A DNA stretch of 64,000 bases from Lama glama (Eukaryota), in contig CM052817.1 of NCBI GenBank assembly GCA_028534125.1, positions 25,918,001 through 25,982,000 of the forward strand. The letters run 5' to 3'. Shown here in pieces: positions 1 through 14,651 of this stretch; the first letter of the stretch is position 1, and each line of letters starts with the position of its first letter. Below the pieces are notes generated by a model. That model saw nothing but the letters and a program-made list of their open reading frames with translations. It was not told the DNA's origin and made no database searches. Made by a program: the position numbers and the translations under genes.

Positions 1-520
1 TGAAGAAAAAGTAAAACAGGATGAAGAATGAGAGTGATGAAGGGTGCTCTTTTAGATAGGATAGTCAGGAAAAGCCTCTTTGATAAGCCACATCTGAACA
101 CAGCCCTGAAATGGAATGACCTGAGGCAAGAATGTTCAGACAAGGAAAACCCTAAGGGCAAAAGCCTTAAACTGAGTGTGTTTGGAGGTCCCTATGACTG
201 CAGCACAATGAAGGGGGTCCATCATAACAGCTAAGGTGAGAGAGGTAGAGGACTGTGGGACTTACATAGAAAAAAAAATAGATTTTATTTTAGAATGAGA
301 ATCCATTGGAAAATTTTCAGCAGATCAGTGAGTAATCCAACTTAAGTCATATCCCTTAGAGAACACACTGTTGAGGGATAAAAGCAAATGCAGGGAGACC
401 ATTTGGAAAGCTACTTGACATAGTTCCAGAGGAAATGTTGAAGACTTTGGACTAGGGTGGTGTTTGCAGAGGTAGAAAGAAGCTGTCAAAGTCTAGCTAT
501 ATATTGAAGGTGGACTGTCT
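1..520 (-). mobile_element. L2 LINE fragment
   Basis: Diverged L2-like motifs (gtcaggaaaagcctct, gcagggagacc..ggaaagctact, ggactagggtggtg). Confidence 0.6.
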
Positions 521-2565
521 ATCAATATCTCACTATTCATTTGACTTTGTTTTGTTACATTTTATTTTCTAAAAAGTTTCCACTAAACATCTGTTTTTAG
601 AAGTCTTTCTAAGCAGTCATGACAATGTTTAGATAATTAGAGACCAAAAAAATGCACCTCAAAATGGCCTTAGTAAACTTTTTTTGGTTGGTTCAGTGAT
701 TCACAAGATAAAAAGCTTTTTACTTTGTCCTAATAAAGAGAAATCCAATAGAAAGAAAAATCTAAAAGGCAATTGTGAAGAGTAGGCCACTGTAGGGGAG
801 GGAGAATTCACTTTATAAATTCGGTGCAAGACCATATACAATGGGTCTTACTTCTGCTCAGGTACTCATTCAACGAAGAGCATTTGCTAAGGGTCTTATG
901 TGAAAGCATTATGCTATTCCTAAGTGGCTGCCATCTCAAACATAAAAAGTACCTAAGATATGTAAAAATCAAAAAGGATTTAGTCTTACTCTCTAATTCT
1001 ATTCATATTAAAATGAAACTGTGAACTTTACAAAGCATAACTAACTCTTACAGGTTCCTGAGTACTGAATGCAAAAAGTAATGCAGTATTTAAAATTAAG
1101 AGAATAGTAGACATCTCTGAGGATGCCCACAGAGTTCATTACAAGTCCACCTTCTCTAAGAACTTATACCCTACCCTGCCCTCCAAGGGCCTCCAATAAC
1201 CATAGATGTGTTTATTAGATGGCTCCATATTCCTTGCCATCATAAACTGGACAAAGAGTGGGCACTTGAACAAGGTGGGCCCAATCTTACCCCTGAACTA
1301 ATGTGTACAAAGATTTATTCTTGCACTCAGTGAGATACAACAATGGCCTTCTAATAAATTCCATTTTGCTTACAACAAATGCAATCAAAGATTTTAATTA
1401 AAGCATACCTGTTTTTCTTATCTTCAACTATAGTCAATCTACCTTTAAGCTTAAACTAAAAATTCATTCATCAACCTTTCTAAGCATATTCAAAGCTTGA
1501 TACACTTACCTGATTTCAGTTTAACCATGTGTTGACAGGAGTCAACAGACTAAGTTCAGTCATTCATATTTCTGCTCTCCCTATCTGACAACCAGTCCTT
1601 CTCTGCCTCTGCCATCTGATTCAGATGGTTCTGCAAAAGCTAGGTGACATTATCACCATTCCACTTAGGAACAATAGCCAAGCAAATCACCCATAATAGT
1701 CCTAGTAACCACTGAGAATGGAATCTGAAACTCCTTTCCTGCTCTCTAAGATCACAACATAATGAATTATTATGTAATAGAAACCCCATTTATTAATAAT
1801 TAATGGTTTGTCTATTTTAAACCTCTAGACTCAGTTAAGCTGTAGCATAACCAAGTCAGTAGCACTCAACACCAAACTACTCTACCTTAGCAGTCAAAAC
1901 TACACAAAATGCCCTTAAGGGAAGATCCAAAACAAAAACATTGCTGATATCCTGGCTTTAATTAAAAACAAAGTAAGAAAACCACAAAACTGAGACCTCC
2001 TAAGTACCGACATCCAACACATCTCCTTAGGCAGTAAGTGCAAAATTAAAAGCATATCTAGTGTACATAAGATAAGACTTCTAATCTTATCTGAGAGCTT
2101 ATTAAATTTTATAATTATTACTTGACTTGCTTTAAGTTCAACAACTGTACTTCTGGGCAAGAGGGATTCCATTAACAGAGAAAGAACAAAATTAAGTTGT
2201 CTCTGTGAAATGGTAGTCCTCTAGTAGTTTTCTCCCCATTAAAAAATGCCAAAAGCAGTACATCTAGCCATGCATTCAAAGAATATGACAGAAAGTCCCA
2301 GAACTGAATGGACTGAGGTGACCACTGTTTTCCTGTTATTCTTTCTTCATTACATAAGAACTTCCTTATTATGTAAAATATTGTATCTGTCCTTAAGAAA
2401 TTAATTCAGACAAGATCAATCACTGCTATTTGGTACAGCCTCAGAAAGGGAAACAATGGTATTGCAGGTATTTACAATCCCTAGCTTAACCCTTTCTCCA
2501 GCAATCTTGTAAACATTTACAGGTAATAGGCTAACATGAAATTTAGTGAGATCAAGGATTTCTAA

Positions 2566-2673
2566 ATATGAAAATGAATATATGTATGTACATGCATGAC
2601 TGGGACATTGTGCTGTACACCAGAAACTGACACATTATAAGTGACTGTACTTCAATAAAAAAATAAAAAATAG
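2566..2673 (+). mobile_element. Young L1 3' tip
   Basis: tgctgtacaccagaaactgacacatt...cttcaataaaa(A)n; near-TSD aaggatttctaa / aagaatttctaa. Confidence 0.8.
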
Positions 2674-2699
2674 AAGAATTTCTAAGACTATCAGATTAA

Positions 2700-3260
2700 A
2701 AGGATTGTTGGCAAGGGTGTAGGAAAATGGGACCTTCACATACAAAATAGGCAACAGTATTTTTAAATATTAAATTTTTAAAAATCTTTATGGGGCAATC
2801 TTGCAATGTGTATCAAAACCTCACATACTGCATATCCATTAACTGAACCCAGCTATTCCATTTCTAAGAAATTAGTCTAAAAACAAAACAAAATAAAGCA
2901 AATGAACACATACACAAAGACATATGTATAAAAATGTTTCTGTAGCATTTGTTCATTCAAAAGTATAAAGAACAGACTGCAAAAGGGCAGAAAAAAGATA
3001 AAGGAAGTATTAAGGGACTAACACAATTTAGGCAAAAAAGAAAGCCTCAACTACGACAGTGGCACCAAAGATAGAGATAAGTGAACATTGTTTATAAAGT
3101 CGGAAAACAAATAACCTAAATATCTATCAATATGTTCAACCATGTAATGGAATTCTATGCAGCATCAGAAAATTATAATGTATATACATATTTACTGAAG
3201 ATATTCGTATGTTTATTAAGTGACAAAAGCAAAAGACAGAATGCTTAATAATGTATATAT
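2700..3260 (+). mobile_element. Old L1M 3' fragment
   Basis: tgttggcaagggtgtaggaaaatggga, cccagctattccatttcta, aatggaattctatgcagc. Confidence 0.65.
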
Positions 3261-6200
3261 ATCTACCTATCTATATATTTATAGTTCTGCTTTTTAAATC
3301 CAGAATTTCTAAGATCTGAAAAGAATAAAATGTTAGCAACCTTTATCTCCAGATAGGTGATTACGTATTTTTCACTTCCTTCATCATACTTTTTGTCTGC
3401 ATTTTGTACTTCTATTTTTAACCTACATCTAATATTTGAAAACAAATTGACTATCTCCTAGAAACTCCCTGTTCCCTTGGCTTTGAGACAGAAAAGGCTT
3501 GGCTTTAGCTTCTCCCTCCTATTTTTCTTTGCTTCCTTCTGTCATTGTTTATCAGCATCTCTGTTAATTCTGTCACTAGCTTCAGGGACTTCATGGTATT
3601 TTTTATTTATTTACTGTTAATAATAGTTATCATAATTGAGCATTAAACTACCTGCCAGGTACTCTACCACATTACGTACAGTGCATTATCTTCAGTCAGC
3701 TAGTTCCATCTCTTATTCAATACATGGATCCCATTTTCCAAAGTGCTGAAAGACATACAGACTGGGCTTAAACACTTCCAAAATTGAGCAATGTAATTCA
3801 ATGTGATCTCCTCTTTGCTTAGTGAATAGCACTACTGTACTCTTTAGAAGAGTTCTTCCTTACATTAAGCCGAAATACTTTCCTGTAAATTTCACCTATT
3901 TTCCTTAATCCATCCTTTTTCACATTCAGCATTTGAAGACTGCCCTCATTCCTTCCTTAGGTCCTCTTCTCTATAAATGGTAAGACAGTTTCAAACCACT
4001 CACCATCTGGGTCACTGGGAATATTAGATTTTTAAAAATCAAGTGCCCAATATTGCACCTCCCCATGTTATAATAGACATTCAATAAATATAAAAGATAC
4101 TCAAAAAATAATACATTTTCTAGTGAAAACAACATGAACCAAAAGTCCAGAAAACTAAAATTCTAACCTCACTTCAACTTACTATTACTATTTTAATTAA
4201 TTATCTGGGATTCACTGTCTTCCTCTGCAAAACATTGGGCCAAATCTTTTAAGATTTTCCCTTCTATAATTCTGAGAATCTGTGGATAGTTACATAGAGT
4301 TTTTTAATTAGTATATTCAACACTGGTGAGAATGTGATGAGTTCGTATCAATATAAACACTAACTATGGAAGTGTAAACTAGTATGACTCTTCTAGAAAG
4401 AAATATCGCAAAACATGTCTAGAACCTTAAAAAAGCTCATAACCTCTAGCATAGCAATTCTTGGAAATAATCATAGATGTTGACAAATATTTATATACAA
4501 ATGTTTTATCACACTATTAAGAACGTGAAAATGTAAGCAACAAAAATAATTAAAACCAGAAAGGCTATATAAATTGTGGTCTAGTCACATGATGGATTCA
4601 CGCAAAAGTTAAAAATTAAGCCCAAATTTCAAAGCTCAAAAAAAATTATAAAAACAGCAAAATTTAGCAGAAAAAAACCAAAAATACATCACTTTCTTCT
4701 TGTAGGTCAGCTTTAACATTATAGGTATAAAATGTCAAGCCTAAAAGGGAGCCTCTTTTCACAGCCTTCTCTATTGGAGATCTCTTTACAATAGTGGAGG
4801 GTAGCAGAGCTACTCTCTAAATTTTTGGCTTAGAATACATGGGTTTAAACTTAACAATGTCTTCAAGCTATAGAGCCAAAAACTATACTATACCTAAACA
4901 CAGATATAATTGTATAAACATTTTCATAGATACTGAGTAAAAATGTAATATGAAGTATTCTATATGAAATATCAAATATGTTTTCATTGTACTAAGCAAA
5001 AATCATACAAGGTCCCTGTTTCTCTACTAGCCACAAAATAAATAGCTCTCCAAGCTCCTTGGAAAGCAGGAGCAATTCTAGTGAAATACAGTCATGCAAA
5101 AAGGAAAAAAAAATCAACTTGCTTGATTTGACACTTATTTAGTGCCCTGTGATTTGTGCACTTCTCCAAACTTCCTATAGTTATGAGAAAAACACCAAAA
5201 AAGTAAATTCATGATCCTGGGCATAAAGATATTTCTTATCAATATAGAGGATTTCATCAAGGTGAATATAGGAAAATAGACAGATATTCTATAAAGTCAC
5301 AGGCATATCTGAAGGCATTCTGTCATCTTGGCTTGATTACATTAGAAAATCTGAAGAAAGCAGCAGTCCTGCTGTCTCCACATTATGACTTCTGAGCAAG
5401 CTGTCTTAAGACCCCTTCAGCTAGCCCTTGATATTTTGAAGGCTATATTCCAATATATTTTGAAGAAAGAAGGCAAAGAAGGCCAAGGATTAGAACAATG
5501 CAACTAGCTCCCTGACAAAGATAGTCATTTACCAGGTGTTGCTGTGACCATCCTCACATAAAATAAGTATCTTACGATCCTACACAGTGTGTAGAGGTGA
5601 AACATTCCAAATAAAGTTACGGTTGTTTTCCTTTTTTAACATTTGTTCTTGTTTTCTAATGAGCCTAAATTTGTTCTGCCTTGTCAGAAGCCAAAGGCAA
5701 AACTGTGTTCTCTTCTCCCTAGAAACTTATAATAAAATAATGACAAATAGATCTAACTCAAATTTCTGTGACCTAGTTGAAAATCATGGGCAATTGAACA
5801 CTCAGAATTTCCCCCCAGGATACCTGACTCCTTCTAAAAACATCATTTATTTTTATTTATGTACAACATAACCTCAAATGTGGTAACAATCACCAAGAAA
5901 ACTAGCATTATCCAATGCAGAGCAGAGAAGTTGCCTGGAAGAGAAGATTGCTTTGCCACTTTGAGTTAGATACATTCATTTATTTAGAAGGAAAACAAAT
6001 GAAAGAGTAAGAAAATAATGGGCAGGTTTCTAAAACAATCTAATTCTGAAGTTCCCACTGCAGAGAGTTTGGGATTCTGATTTTTTTTTCCCTTCAGTCC
6101 GAAATACACAGAAACCAACAGACACCATGCCAGAGAAATCTGGTTATAGAGAATAAAAATAATTTATTTTGCAACAAGTCAAAAACCAAAAAGAGAATCT

Positions 6201-7329
6201 GAGTGTGTAGAGCCTTTTTCTACTAAGTTCCTTTCCGAAACTTCCTTGAGTCAAAAATTCATACTGTCATTTTGGTTGTGGACATAGAGAAAGGTTCATG
6301 CATATTCAGTCTTAATTAAGCGGATGGAAGAGAAACTACACATACCATTGCTGCACCAGTTATGAGGTGTGAGAACCGGACATTTTATGGTGAATCACAA
6401 AATGATTTATGTGGTGAATAGGATATACTGCAGTATAATGAAATAAAACTGAGACTGCTCATCTTTAATCAAGAAATTGGAGATATCATGATTCTTTACT
6501 AACAAATCCTCTTAGAATCAAATGGAATTGATTATATGTTAAGAATAAAGCTATTAATAATTCATGAGGTCTAGTGAGGTAGGTAAGTAACATTAAGACA
6601 AAAAGTACTAGTTTGTGCTGTGATGTTATCTACCACGTAAGTGCTAAGTCCCCACCAGAGCAGGAATACCGTCCATGGAAAGTCACAGCTGGTTTTAATT
6701 ACTGGGAAAGCAATGAAGAAAATGGAACATTTCACTACTTACGCTCCTCCTTCCTCCACTGCTTCTCCCAGAAAAAGAAAAAGGTTTGGGCTTAGCAGGG
6801 GGAAGGCTGGACAACTGGCCACAGGTACTCTATCCAGAGCTTCTTAAAACTCTAAGGCATGAAACAGGCAATAGGAGGAAACCTGACTGGTGAAAAAGGT
6901 TACAAGAGTGGTTCAGCAATGCAATTCCCCACTTCCGTTCCCATTCTACTTCCCTGCACAGGGGAGGATATAACAATGCTGATTTCAGTATTAAGTCGAA
7001 GTATAAATCACCTATATATTATTTTATCAGTACTTAAATTAATGACATTTTCATAATGTAATCCTACTTCCTTAGCATTCTGGAATACAATCCTGTGTCT
7101 CTCATGGTTTTACAAGTGCCCGACAACAAAATACGTGTTAACAGAACAAACAACAGTCTTCTTTTTCGAAGATGCTTCAGACACTCAATAATCATTCCAG
7201 ACACCCTAGTGCTTCATTTTTCACTATGTCCTTTTCAATTCTCCTTCTCCATATGCCACTGAATTCTTTTCAGGTCTCAAATATGCACTATGGAAAAAGG
7301 ACTGAAGAACAAACCAGGCAAAAATGCTT

Positions 7330-8200
7330 ATAAGAAAGCATCTAGCTCTAATAACGTTTTCGTCAAAATGAATTTGTGAATAAAATTGCTAAAGCAATGA
7401 GTAACCTCTGAATCATTATATAAAATGGAAGAAGTCTCTAAAGATTAAAGAAGAGAAATGGAGTCCTAATTGTCAAAAAGAGAAAGACACAACCACAGAA
7501 TTATAGAAGTAGAAAGGTTTGGTGACAATTCTCTGCAACAATATCAAGAGCAGGTCAAAAAGAAGAGTATTTAACTGAAGCAGATAGAGATTCACTGAAA
7601 ATCAACTATGCTGGCTTAAGTCACCATTTATTTTATGAGTTACGGGACTAGTAGATGAGGTAAATACTAGAAACAAGGATGTCAGGACTTCAACAAAGCA
7701 TCTACCAAATTTTCTTCCAATAGGCTGTGGCAGGGTTCTCACCCTCAGCATTATTTACATTTTGAGGCAAATATTTGTTTGTTGTAGGGAGCTCTCCTGT
7801 GCACTGTAGCATGTTTAATAGCATCTCTGGCCTCTACTAACTAGATGCCACAGAACCTGCCAGTTGTGATGATCAAAAATATCTCCATATATGCCAAAGG
7901 TTCTCTGGGAGGCAAAAATCACCCTTGATTAAGAGGCAATGAATGATGGCAAGATGGAGAAATACAAGGAAAGTAACAGTAGTTACTAAGATTCATAAGC
8001 AATTGAACAGCTATTCATAAGACATTGAAAAGCTGTATCCAGGGTACAGATAATGGATCAGGTCGATTTTGAAAAAGGTTTCTTTACATGTCCCTTAATA
8101 CTAAACAATTTTACTGCTGATTCAGAAAGAGATACATAATAGGTTTACCGAATTTGTAGATTAGATATATATCAGCTAATATGAAGAAAATAAGTGAATG
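7330..8200 (+). mobile_element. Ancient L3/CR1 ORF2 remnant interrupted by MER20
   Basis: gacttcaacaaagcat resembles the CR1 DFSKAF motif; a further CR1-like piece lies near 9045-9140. Highly diverged. Confidence 0.45.
7731..7941 (+). mobile_element. MER20 hAT DNA transposon
   Basis: cagggttctcaccct...tcctgtgcactgtagcatgtttaatagcatctctggcctctac... Confidence 0.8.
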
Positions 8201-8411
8201 AGGGACATCCAAAGAACTACCGATTCTTGCAGAGTGAAGCTTTGTGCAACCTTAGATTGAAAATTGATTCTCTGAGAATAAGCTTTTTTAAAGTAAGTCT
8301 TAAAGCAAACCCAAATATTAAGTAGTTTTGAAGATCAAATGAGACAGATAGGAAATATAAATTATAAATGATGCTATTCCATTTCATGAAGTCAGTAAAA
8401 AAAAGTATTTT

Positions 8412-8466
8412 GCTGTACACCAGAAATTCACACAACATTGTAAACTGACTATACCTCAATTTAAAA
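8412..8466 (+). mobile_element. Very short young L1 3' tip
   Basis: gctgtacaccagaaattcacacaacattgtaaactgactatacctcaat with an A tail; TSD aaaaaaagtattttg. Confidence 0.8.
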
Positions 8467-10484
8467 AAAAAAAGTATTTTGAAAAAAAATTTTATAAAAG
8501 TGTACAAGACAAAATTGGTTTTAACATTATTCTCATAGAATTCTCCCTGCCTTTCACTGTGGACACAAGGGTCTCAAAGTAAGAGATTCCAACACAGAAG
8601 ATACTATAATTAAGAAAATACAAGGTACAATACTAGGTAGTATTAATCTGGGGTAAGTAACTGTGAAATTTTAAACTGAACTTTAAAAGTAGATTTTCTC
8701 TTATAAATATAATTCTATAAATATAATCTCAAATCTCTCCTTCTCCCAGGAAATGTGTCTTGAACCTCCAAAAGTTACCTCTCTAATGTCTAAATATCCT
8801 TGGAAGATATTTTTATCACTGTTTGTTGTTTCCTTGTATTACAATTTTTATGTAAAAGGTAGATCTTCCCAATAGACTTTAAGCCCTTGAAGACACGACT
8901 AAGCTTTATTCTTCTACCTATTTCATAGATTGTCCAGTACAGTACTGTGCACATACAGTGAACACATCACATCTGCTAAATAAATTAATGAGAACTTAAT
9001 ACTGTTAAATAAAAGTACACAAATTTAAAATTTTTAAAAATAGATGACAGAATCAGGATACAAAAGCCTGGAATCTAACAAGATAAAAACATAAGCGTTT
9101 ACTTCAGAAAGAAATTTAATGAGGATAAATGTAAAGGGCTTGAGAAGTAGAAAGTGGAAGCCCTGCTCTATTCTTCATTATACCGATAGATAAACTACAT
9201 TCTTAAAATGAATGCCACTGAACCTCAAGAGATACTATTCTCTTCTAAGTGATTATATTTTCATTGTGAATTGCCTACTTACTGATAGTTAATTAGGTTC
9301 TATTGTAATGAAGCATAACTAAGTATGTTCACATCAATAATCCAATATCCAAAATAAGAGTATGAGAAAAATTGAGTGCATCCTATTAAATTCTATACAG
9401 AAGTTTAAAAGAATGAGATAGGGATCTTTCTGTATCGAAGGAAAGAAAGAATAGGGTTGGGGGGACATGGAGGGAGGGAAGGAAAGAGGAAAGGGAGGGA
9501 GATGAAACACATTAAGTTATGAAAAAGCAAGCTGGAGAAATGTTACATGATGCCACTCTCAAATATGTGTATGTATATATGTACACATGTATTTGTGTGT
9601 GTGTATGTATATCTGTTTTAATTTATATAGCTATGTAAGGCAAAAGGGATGAATGAGGGAATGGAACATTTTATCTAAATTGTTTAATTCTTTTCAGTGA
9701 GAATGTGTTACTTAGATAATTTAAATAATATTAATCTAAATAGTCATCCCCCAAAATGCTAAACTTAGTTTCTTTTATAGTCTTAGTGCACAAATCAATA
9801 CTAATTTTTGAACAAGTACGATCAATAAAATATAATATACAGTTCTTAAGTTTCCTTTCACTTTAAGGAAATTTTCCATCTCAGTCACTCTAGGTTTCCC
9901 TGAAAACGGTCTAAGAAAAGCTCTCCATCCTATACAAAATCTATTTCTATTTAACTGGTACACAAAACTACATGTCTCTAAAAATTAGCAAAAAGAATGT
10001 TACACACTACCTCCAATAAATTTTCTGCTACTATTTTCCCAAGTCACAAGTCACTGACATTACCTGGTAACCTGGAGAACACTACATTCCCAGTTCTTTC
10101 CCATTTAATGTCCCTGAAATAATCCTAACTTCAAGAGCACTATCTGCCTCTGGAATTATGTGCTTAATGAAAATTTACAGTCATAAACTATTCTCAAGAC
10201 AGGGAAAACCAACACTATTTTCAACCAAGCACCAGCAGCCCCTGATGAAATTACATAATAAAAGGTCGTCTATGCCAAACAAAACTCAAGGTCTCTTGCT
10301 TCATTCAACAGCTAAAAGTAAATATATTTACCTAGTACAAGTATTTGGGTTTTTACCAAGCTACAAGAACATTTTACTACACAGTCAATGGTTAGCTATG
10401 AAGATATTTACAAGCAATTTTTTTCCTTTTCCTGTAATTTGGGAAACTACTGTAGTTAATGTACTTTAAAAATCAGTAAGTAAT

Positions 10485-10571
10485 GGGGGGATGGGTATAG
10501 TTCAATGGTAGAATGCACTGCTTAGCATGCACGAGGTCCTGGGTTCGAACCCAGGTACTTCCATTAAAAAA
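10485..10571 (+). mobile_element. tRNA-Ala-derived SINE (Vic-1-like, camelid)
   Basis: A-box/B-box tRNA-like body, A tail, and a 17-bp TSD aaaaatcagtaagtaat (10468-10484 / 10572-10588) at a TT|AAAA site. Confidence 0.9.
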
Positions 10572-10769
10572 AAAAATCAGTAAGTAATAAAAGACAAATT
10601 TAATCAAAGAAAGTGACAGTGAAAAGTGTGTCATGGAGTTAAATGATAAGCCTAAAGTTCTATATAATAAAATAGCCTAAAGAACCAAATACTAATATAA
10701 ACAAATGTACCTGAAGTAGGTTATTTTCTAAAGTAAGGTTATTTCATAAATATGTGTCTCATTGTTTAT

Positions 10770-11033
10770 AAGGCATGTGTAATAGGAATAAAATGTGAGC
10801 CACATTCAAAAAAAAGTAAGAAGAAACTAGTGAAATTAATTTTAATAATATATTTCACTTATTCCAACATACTCAAATTATTATTTCAGCATGTAATCAA
10901 TGCTGAACAATTATTCCTAAGATGATTTATCTTTTTCTTTTGTACTAAGTCTTTGAAATCTGTACCTCCCACGTACAACACTCTCAAGTGCTCAATAGCG
11001 ACATGTAACTAACAGTGCCCTTACTGGACAGCA
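10770..11033. mobile_element. MER33/MER3-type hAT element
   Basis: aatgtgagccacat...gtgaaattaattttaataatatattt...caagtgctcaatagc..ctggacagca. Confidence 0.7.
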
Positions 11034-11179
11034 AACATCTATGACATAAAGTGGGTCAAATATAATTTCTAAATTTCTAAAGCACAGTTATATAATCAAA
11101 AAAAGCCCTACAGGAACTTAAGCAAAAGCAAATTTAAAGGCAGATGCAGGCATACAATAAAGTCAAAATACAAGAATAA

Positions 11180-11390
11180 CAGTTAATACTTACTGAGCAC
11201 TTACTATGTACCAGATCCTATTTTAAGTGCTTTTCAAGTATTATCTCATTTGATCAGCACAAAAACTCTGACCTAGGCACTTGTAATATCCCCATTTTAC
11301 CAACAGGGAAACTAAGACACGGGGAAGGCAAATGAAGGTTTAACCCAGGCAAGAGGTTTAACTCAAGAGCTCATGCTCTTAAACACTACA
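11180..11390 (-). mobile_element. MIR SINE (one of many; others near 23.9, 26.5, 31.7, 34.3, 49.2, 51.8, 57.9, 60.5 and 63.4 kb)
   Basis: tactgagcacttactatgt...cccattttac..ggaaactaagac core. Confidence 0.75.
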
Positions 11391-14300
11391 CATGCTGTAC
11401 TTCAAGAAAAATACAAAATAATTTTTTAAGTTGGCTTATAAAAAATTAAGTATGGAATAGTAAAAGCAAAATTAATTCTTTTGTAATTAATACGTTTTTA
11501 AAACTGAATCTTCTCATATAATCCTTCTTCATAAGAAGTTCCAAATCTCAAAACAAAAAAAAATTACAACTAAAAGGTTAGAACTTTTATTTGTAAACTA
11601 CCACAAATACTTTATTTAACTTTATACTGGTAGTGATAATATTTACATTTACAATGTGAATATTTACTCATAATCAGCATTGAAAAATTATAATTTTAGC
11701 TTAAAGAAAACTATTTTAATGTCAAGCAATTTCTAATTAATTTATTAATTTCAAGAAGCTACAATTTTCTTTTTTTTAAACTCATTATATCTCTGATTTT
11801 ATTATGCTAATTTTATTGCAGACCTCCTTCTAACAGTCTCATTCTCTTTACAAAGGGAAGGAAAAGGCCTTATCTTCTTCCCATCCACCTATCATTCCAA
11901 GGCATCAAAAAGTCTGAAAAGATAAAATAGGTAAGAAAACGGCTAGTTTCTTTCCTGTATCCCAACATCATATTAGATGGGTATACTGTACCAAGATTTT
12001 TTGCTAAAACAGGGACAACATTCATTTCCACATATACATACCCTGTGCAGAATGACAAAAACACTGCCTAATGTTCATAAAAATTTCAGATAAAATGCTG
12101 GTTATCTCTTCAGAAAATAACATTCAAAAACACCTGGTCTGAAATAAACAGCCCTGTGTTAAAGAAAATCTGTGGTCAGAGCTTAAATTGTCTGACCCTT
12201 CTGTGTACTTAAAATCACAAGATAATGATAACCTTGCTCCACAGGTGAAGGCCATAGCTGTCTGCACACTAACTTTGACCTTTTCAGGGTGTCATTGGAA
12301 AGCCTGATCACACCACCTTCAGTTACATAATAAACCTATCACCAAACTGTTTTTAGCATCCCTCCCACATATGCAAAACCTGACAAAAGTGGCCAGATCT
12401 AAGAGGGGGGCTTTTTAACAGAAGAGTACATTTGCACAAGATGCTTGAGCAGATATTTAGCAACAGAACTGAAAGGTTCAAGAGTCAATCTACTACATGC
12501 CATAAAGAAATATTTCAGTGTAAAAAAAAATTTTATAGAAAATATGCTCACGTCACTTATTTTGTCTTTGATCATTTAAACAACTTTATTAAATATGTTA
12601 ATATTTCATGGAACCTATAAAGCTCATCTATGGACTTTTGTTTTTATTTTTCCCTTCTGACAGCCTATCATTTATGTTTTGGGCACTGGGTCTGGCCCTT
12701 TCATATGCCTCCTCCCATTAAGTTTTCCGAACTAGCCTATTCAACTGGTGTTTCTGCTTTAATAGAAAGGGAGAAAGACTCCCTTTTAGCCCACACAGCT
12801 ATCAGATGGGAACCAAGAATGTACCCGCCAGGCAGAGCTTCTCACCATTTTCCGGTCTCAGGTTCTTTCTACAACATAAGGACTTCTTTCCTGTTTCCTT
12901 CCCTACTTAATTATCAGTTTATCTACAATGAGTACCTTCACACTCTCAAGTAACAGCCCATACATGTAAGCAAATTCCAATCACATTAAAACATTAGAGG
13001 TAATTGCATGGTATGTAAACTATATCTCAATAAAGCTGTTGTTTAAAAAATTTCTTTAATGTAAGCATGCTAATAACATCAACTCTCCAATTATTCTAAT
13101 AGGAGACCATGGATAGCATGGCTGAAGAAAGCCCATAGGTAATCCAAAAATCTAATCTACAACTCATCCCTCAAAATGTTTACAGATCAGTCTCTTACTA
13201 TTGTTAACTTTTTAAGACTCTCATTACTTCAATTCTAGATTATAGGAAATGCCTTAACCTCCCTAATTATGATTTTTCTATTCTCCTTCCCACCCTAAAT
13301 GCTCACAATCTAGCAATCACTCAAACACTATTTTCATCATTCCATAACTCTGTTCAAAAACTTTATAGGTTCCCTTTTCTCTGCTATATTAAACTCAGTT
13401 CCTCTGCCTAGCTTTCAAGGTCTTCCCTAAACCAGTTTCATCTACCTCCTACTACCTCTCATCATGTGGGCAATCTCTATGGTGTCCTACAAACATATCA
13501 AGCCTTGTGCTGGATGCTGTGCCTTAAATAATCCCATCCTATTAACCTGACATGTTCTTTCCCTCCATCACCTGCTCATCCTTCAAGGGTCAGATCAAAT
13601 TTTACCCTCTCCATCAAGCCCTCTTCCTGACTATTGTATATAGCAGCCTCAGGTAATTCCTACAGTATTAATAAGTCTTTAGTCATCTTTTATCCCCAGG
13701 ACCAAGTATCCAGGATGTAAAAAACTATACATAAATGTTCGTTGAATATATGCTGTAACATGCTGTGCCAAAATAATTGTGGCTTTTACCCTGTCTCTTC
13801 AAACCAAGTGTATTCACTAGCAATATAAGTAGCAGAGTGCTAAAAATAACGGTGTCAGAGGTTTTCCTCAAGGTGAACAAATCAATGAGGTATCAGATGC
13901 TCTCATGGACCCTTCAAGCGTTTCTATACAGGAATTGATTCAACAAACTCTATGAATTTGAAAATGGTCTCCTCTAGGAGTTAACAATGCTAAAATCAAA
14001 TGACTTTACAATGACCTATTCTATGTCTTTTTCCCTAAGATGACAATATAATTCAGGGCTTATCACCATAAAAGAATACTATCTATGAAACAATTATTTA
14101 TACTATGAAATCTTAAGATTAGTGTACATTTATAAATGTCTTTTGCTTTTTGACCACTCAAAACAGATCAAATAAATGTAAGTATAAAGAACAATCATTT
14201 TTTGAAAAGCTAGTGCTAAAACTTTAGTGTCACTAGATAATATAAGAAATCTGCATCACACCTGTGCTAGATTATAAACCATAAATATGAATAAACATTA

Positions 14301-14651
14301 TATACTTAGATTGTTATGACTTTAGCCCAAGATAAAAAACAACATAAAAAAGTTTTAAAACAACCTGGTAATATTTCAATACCTGATTCTAGAGTTTCAA
14401 TATATATGATTCAATATGGAGCACTTAAAAAAAAAATTCCAACAGCCAATTCCCCTGTAATTGGCCCTTAACCCACAGAAAATGCCAGAGGTAATTACAG
14501 CCTTTCCCTGGTAAGTATAATTCAACAAAGAAAAAAGGCAACCAAAATTCAATTCAAAGTGAAGGAGGTACATTTAGATACCAATGAGAAACTCAACAAC
14601 ATAACACACACTATTTCTCTCTGAAATAATAAACATACTCAGTACCCTTAC

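Noticed and set aside
9440..9502. GGGA/GGAA purine tract resembling AAGGG repeats
   Set aside because: Short, impure and in intron 4; a common low-complexity sequence unrelated to the intron 2 disease locus.
10485..10563. tRNA-Ala(AGC)-like sequences (also at 24944 and 44340)
   Set aside because: All three have A-rich tails, two have clear TSDs, and the copies are mutually diverged, which indicates SINEs rather than tRNA genes.
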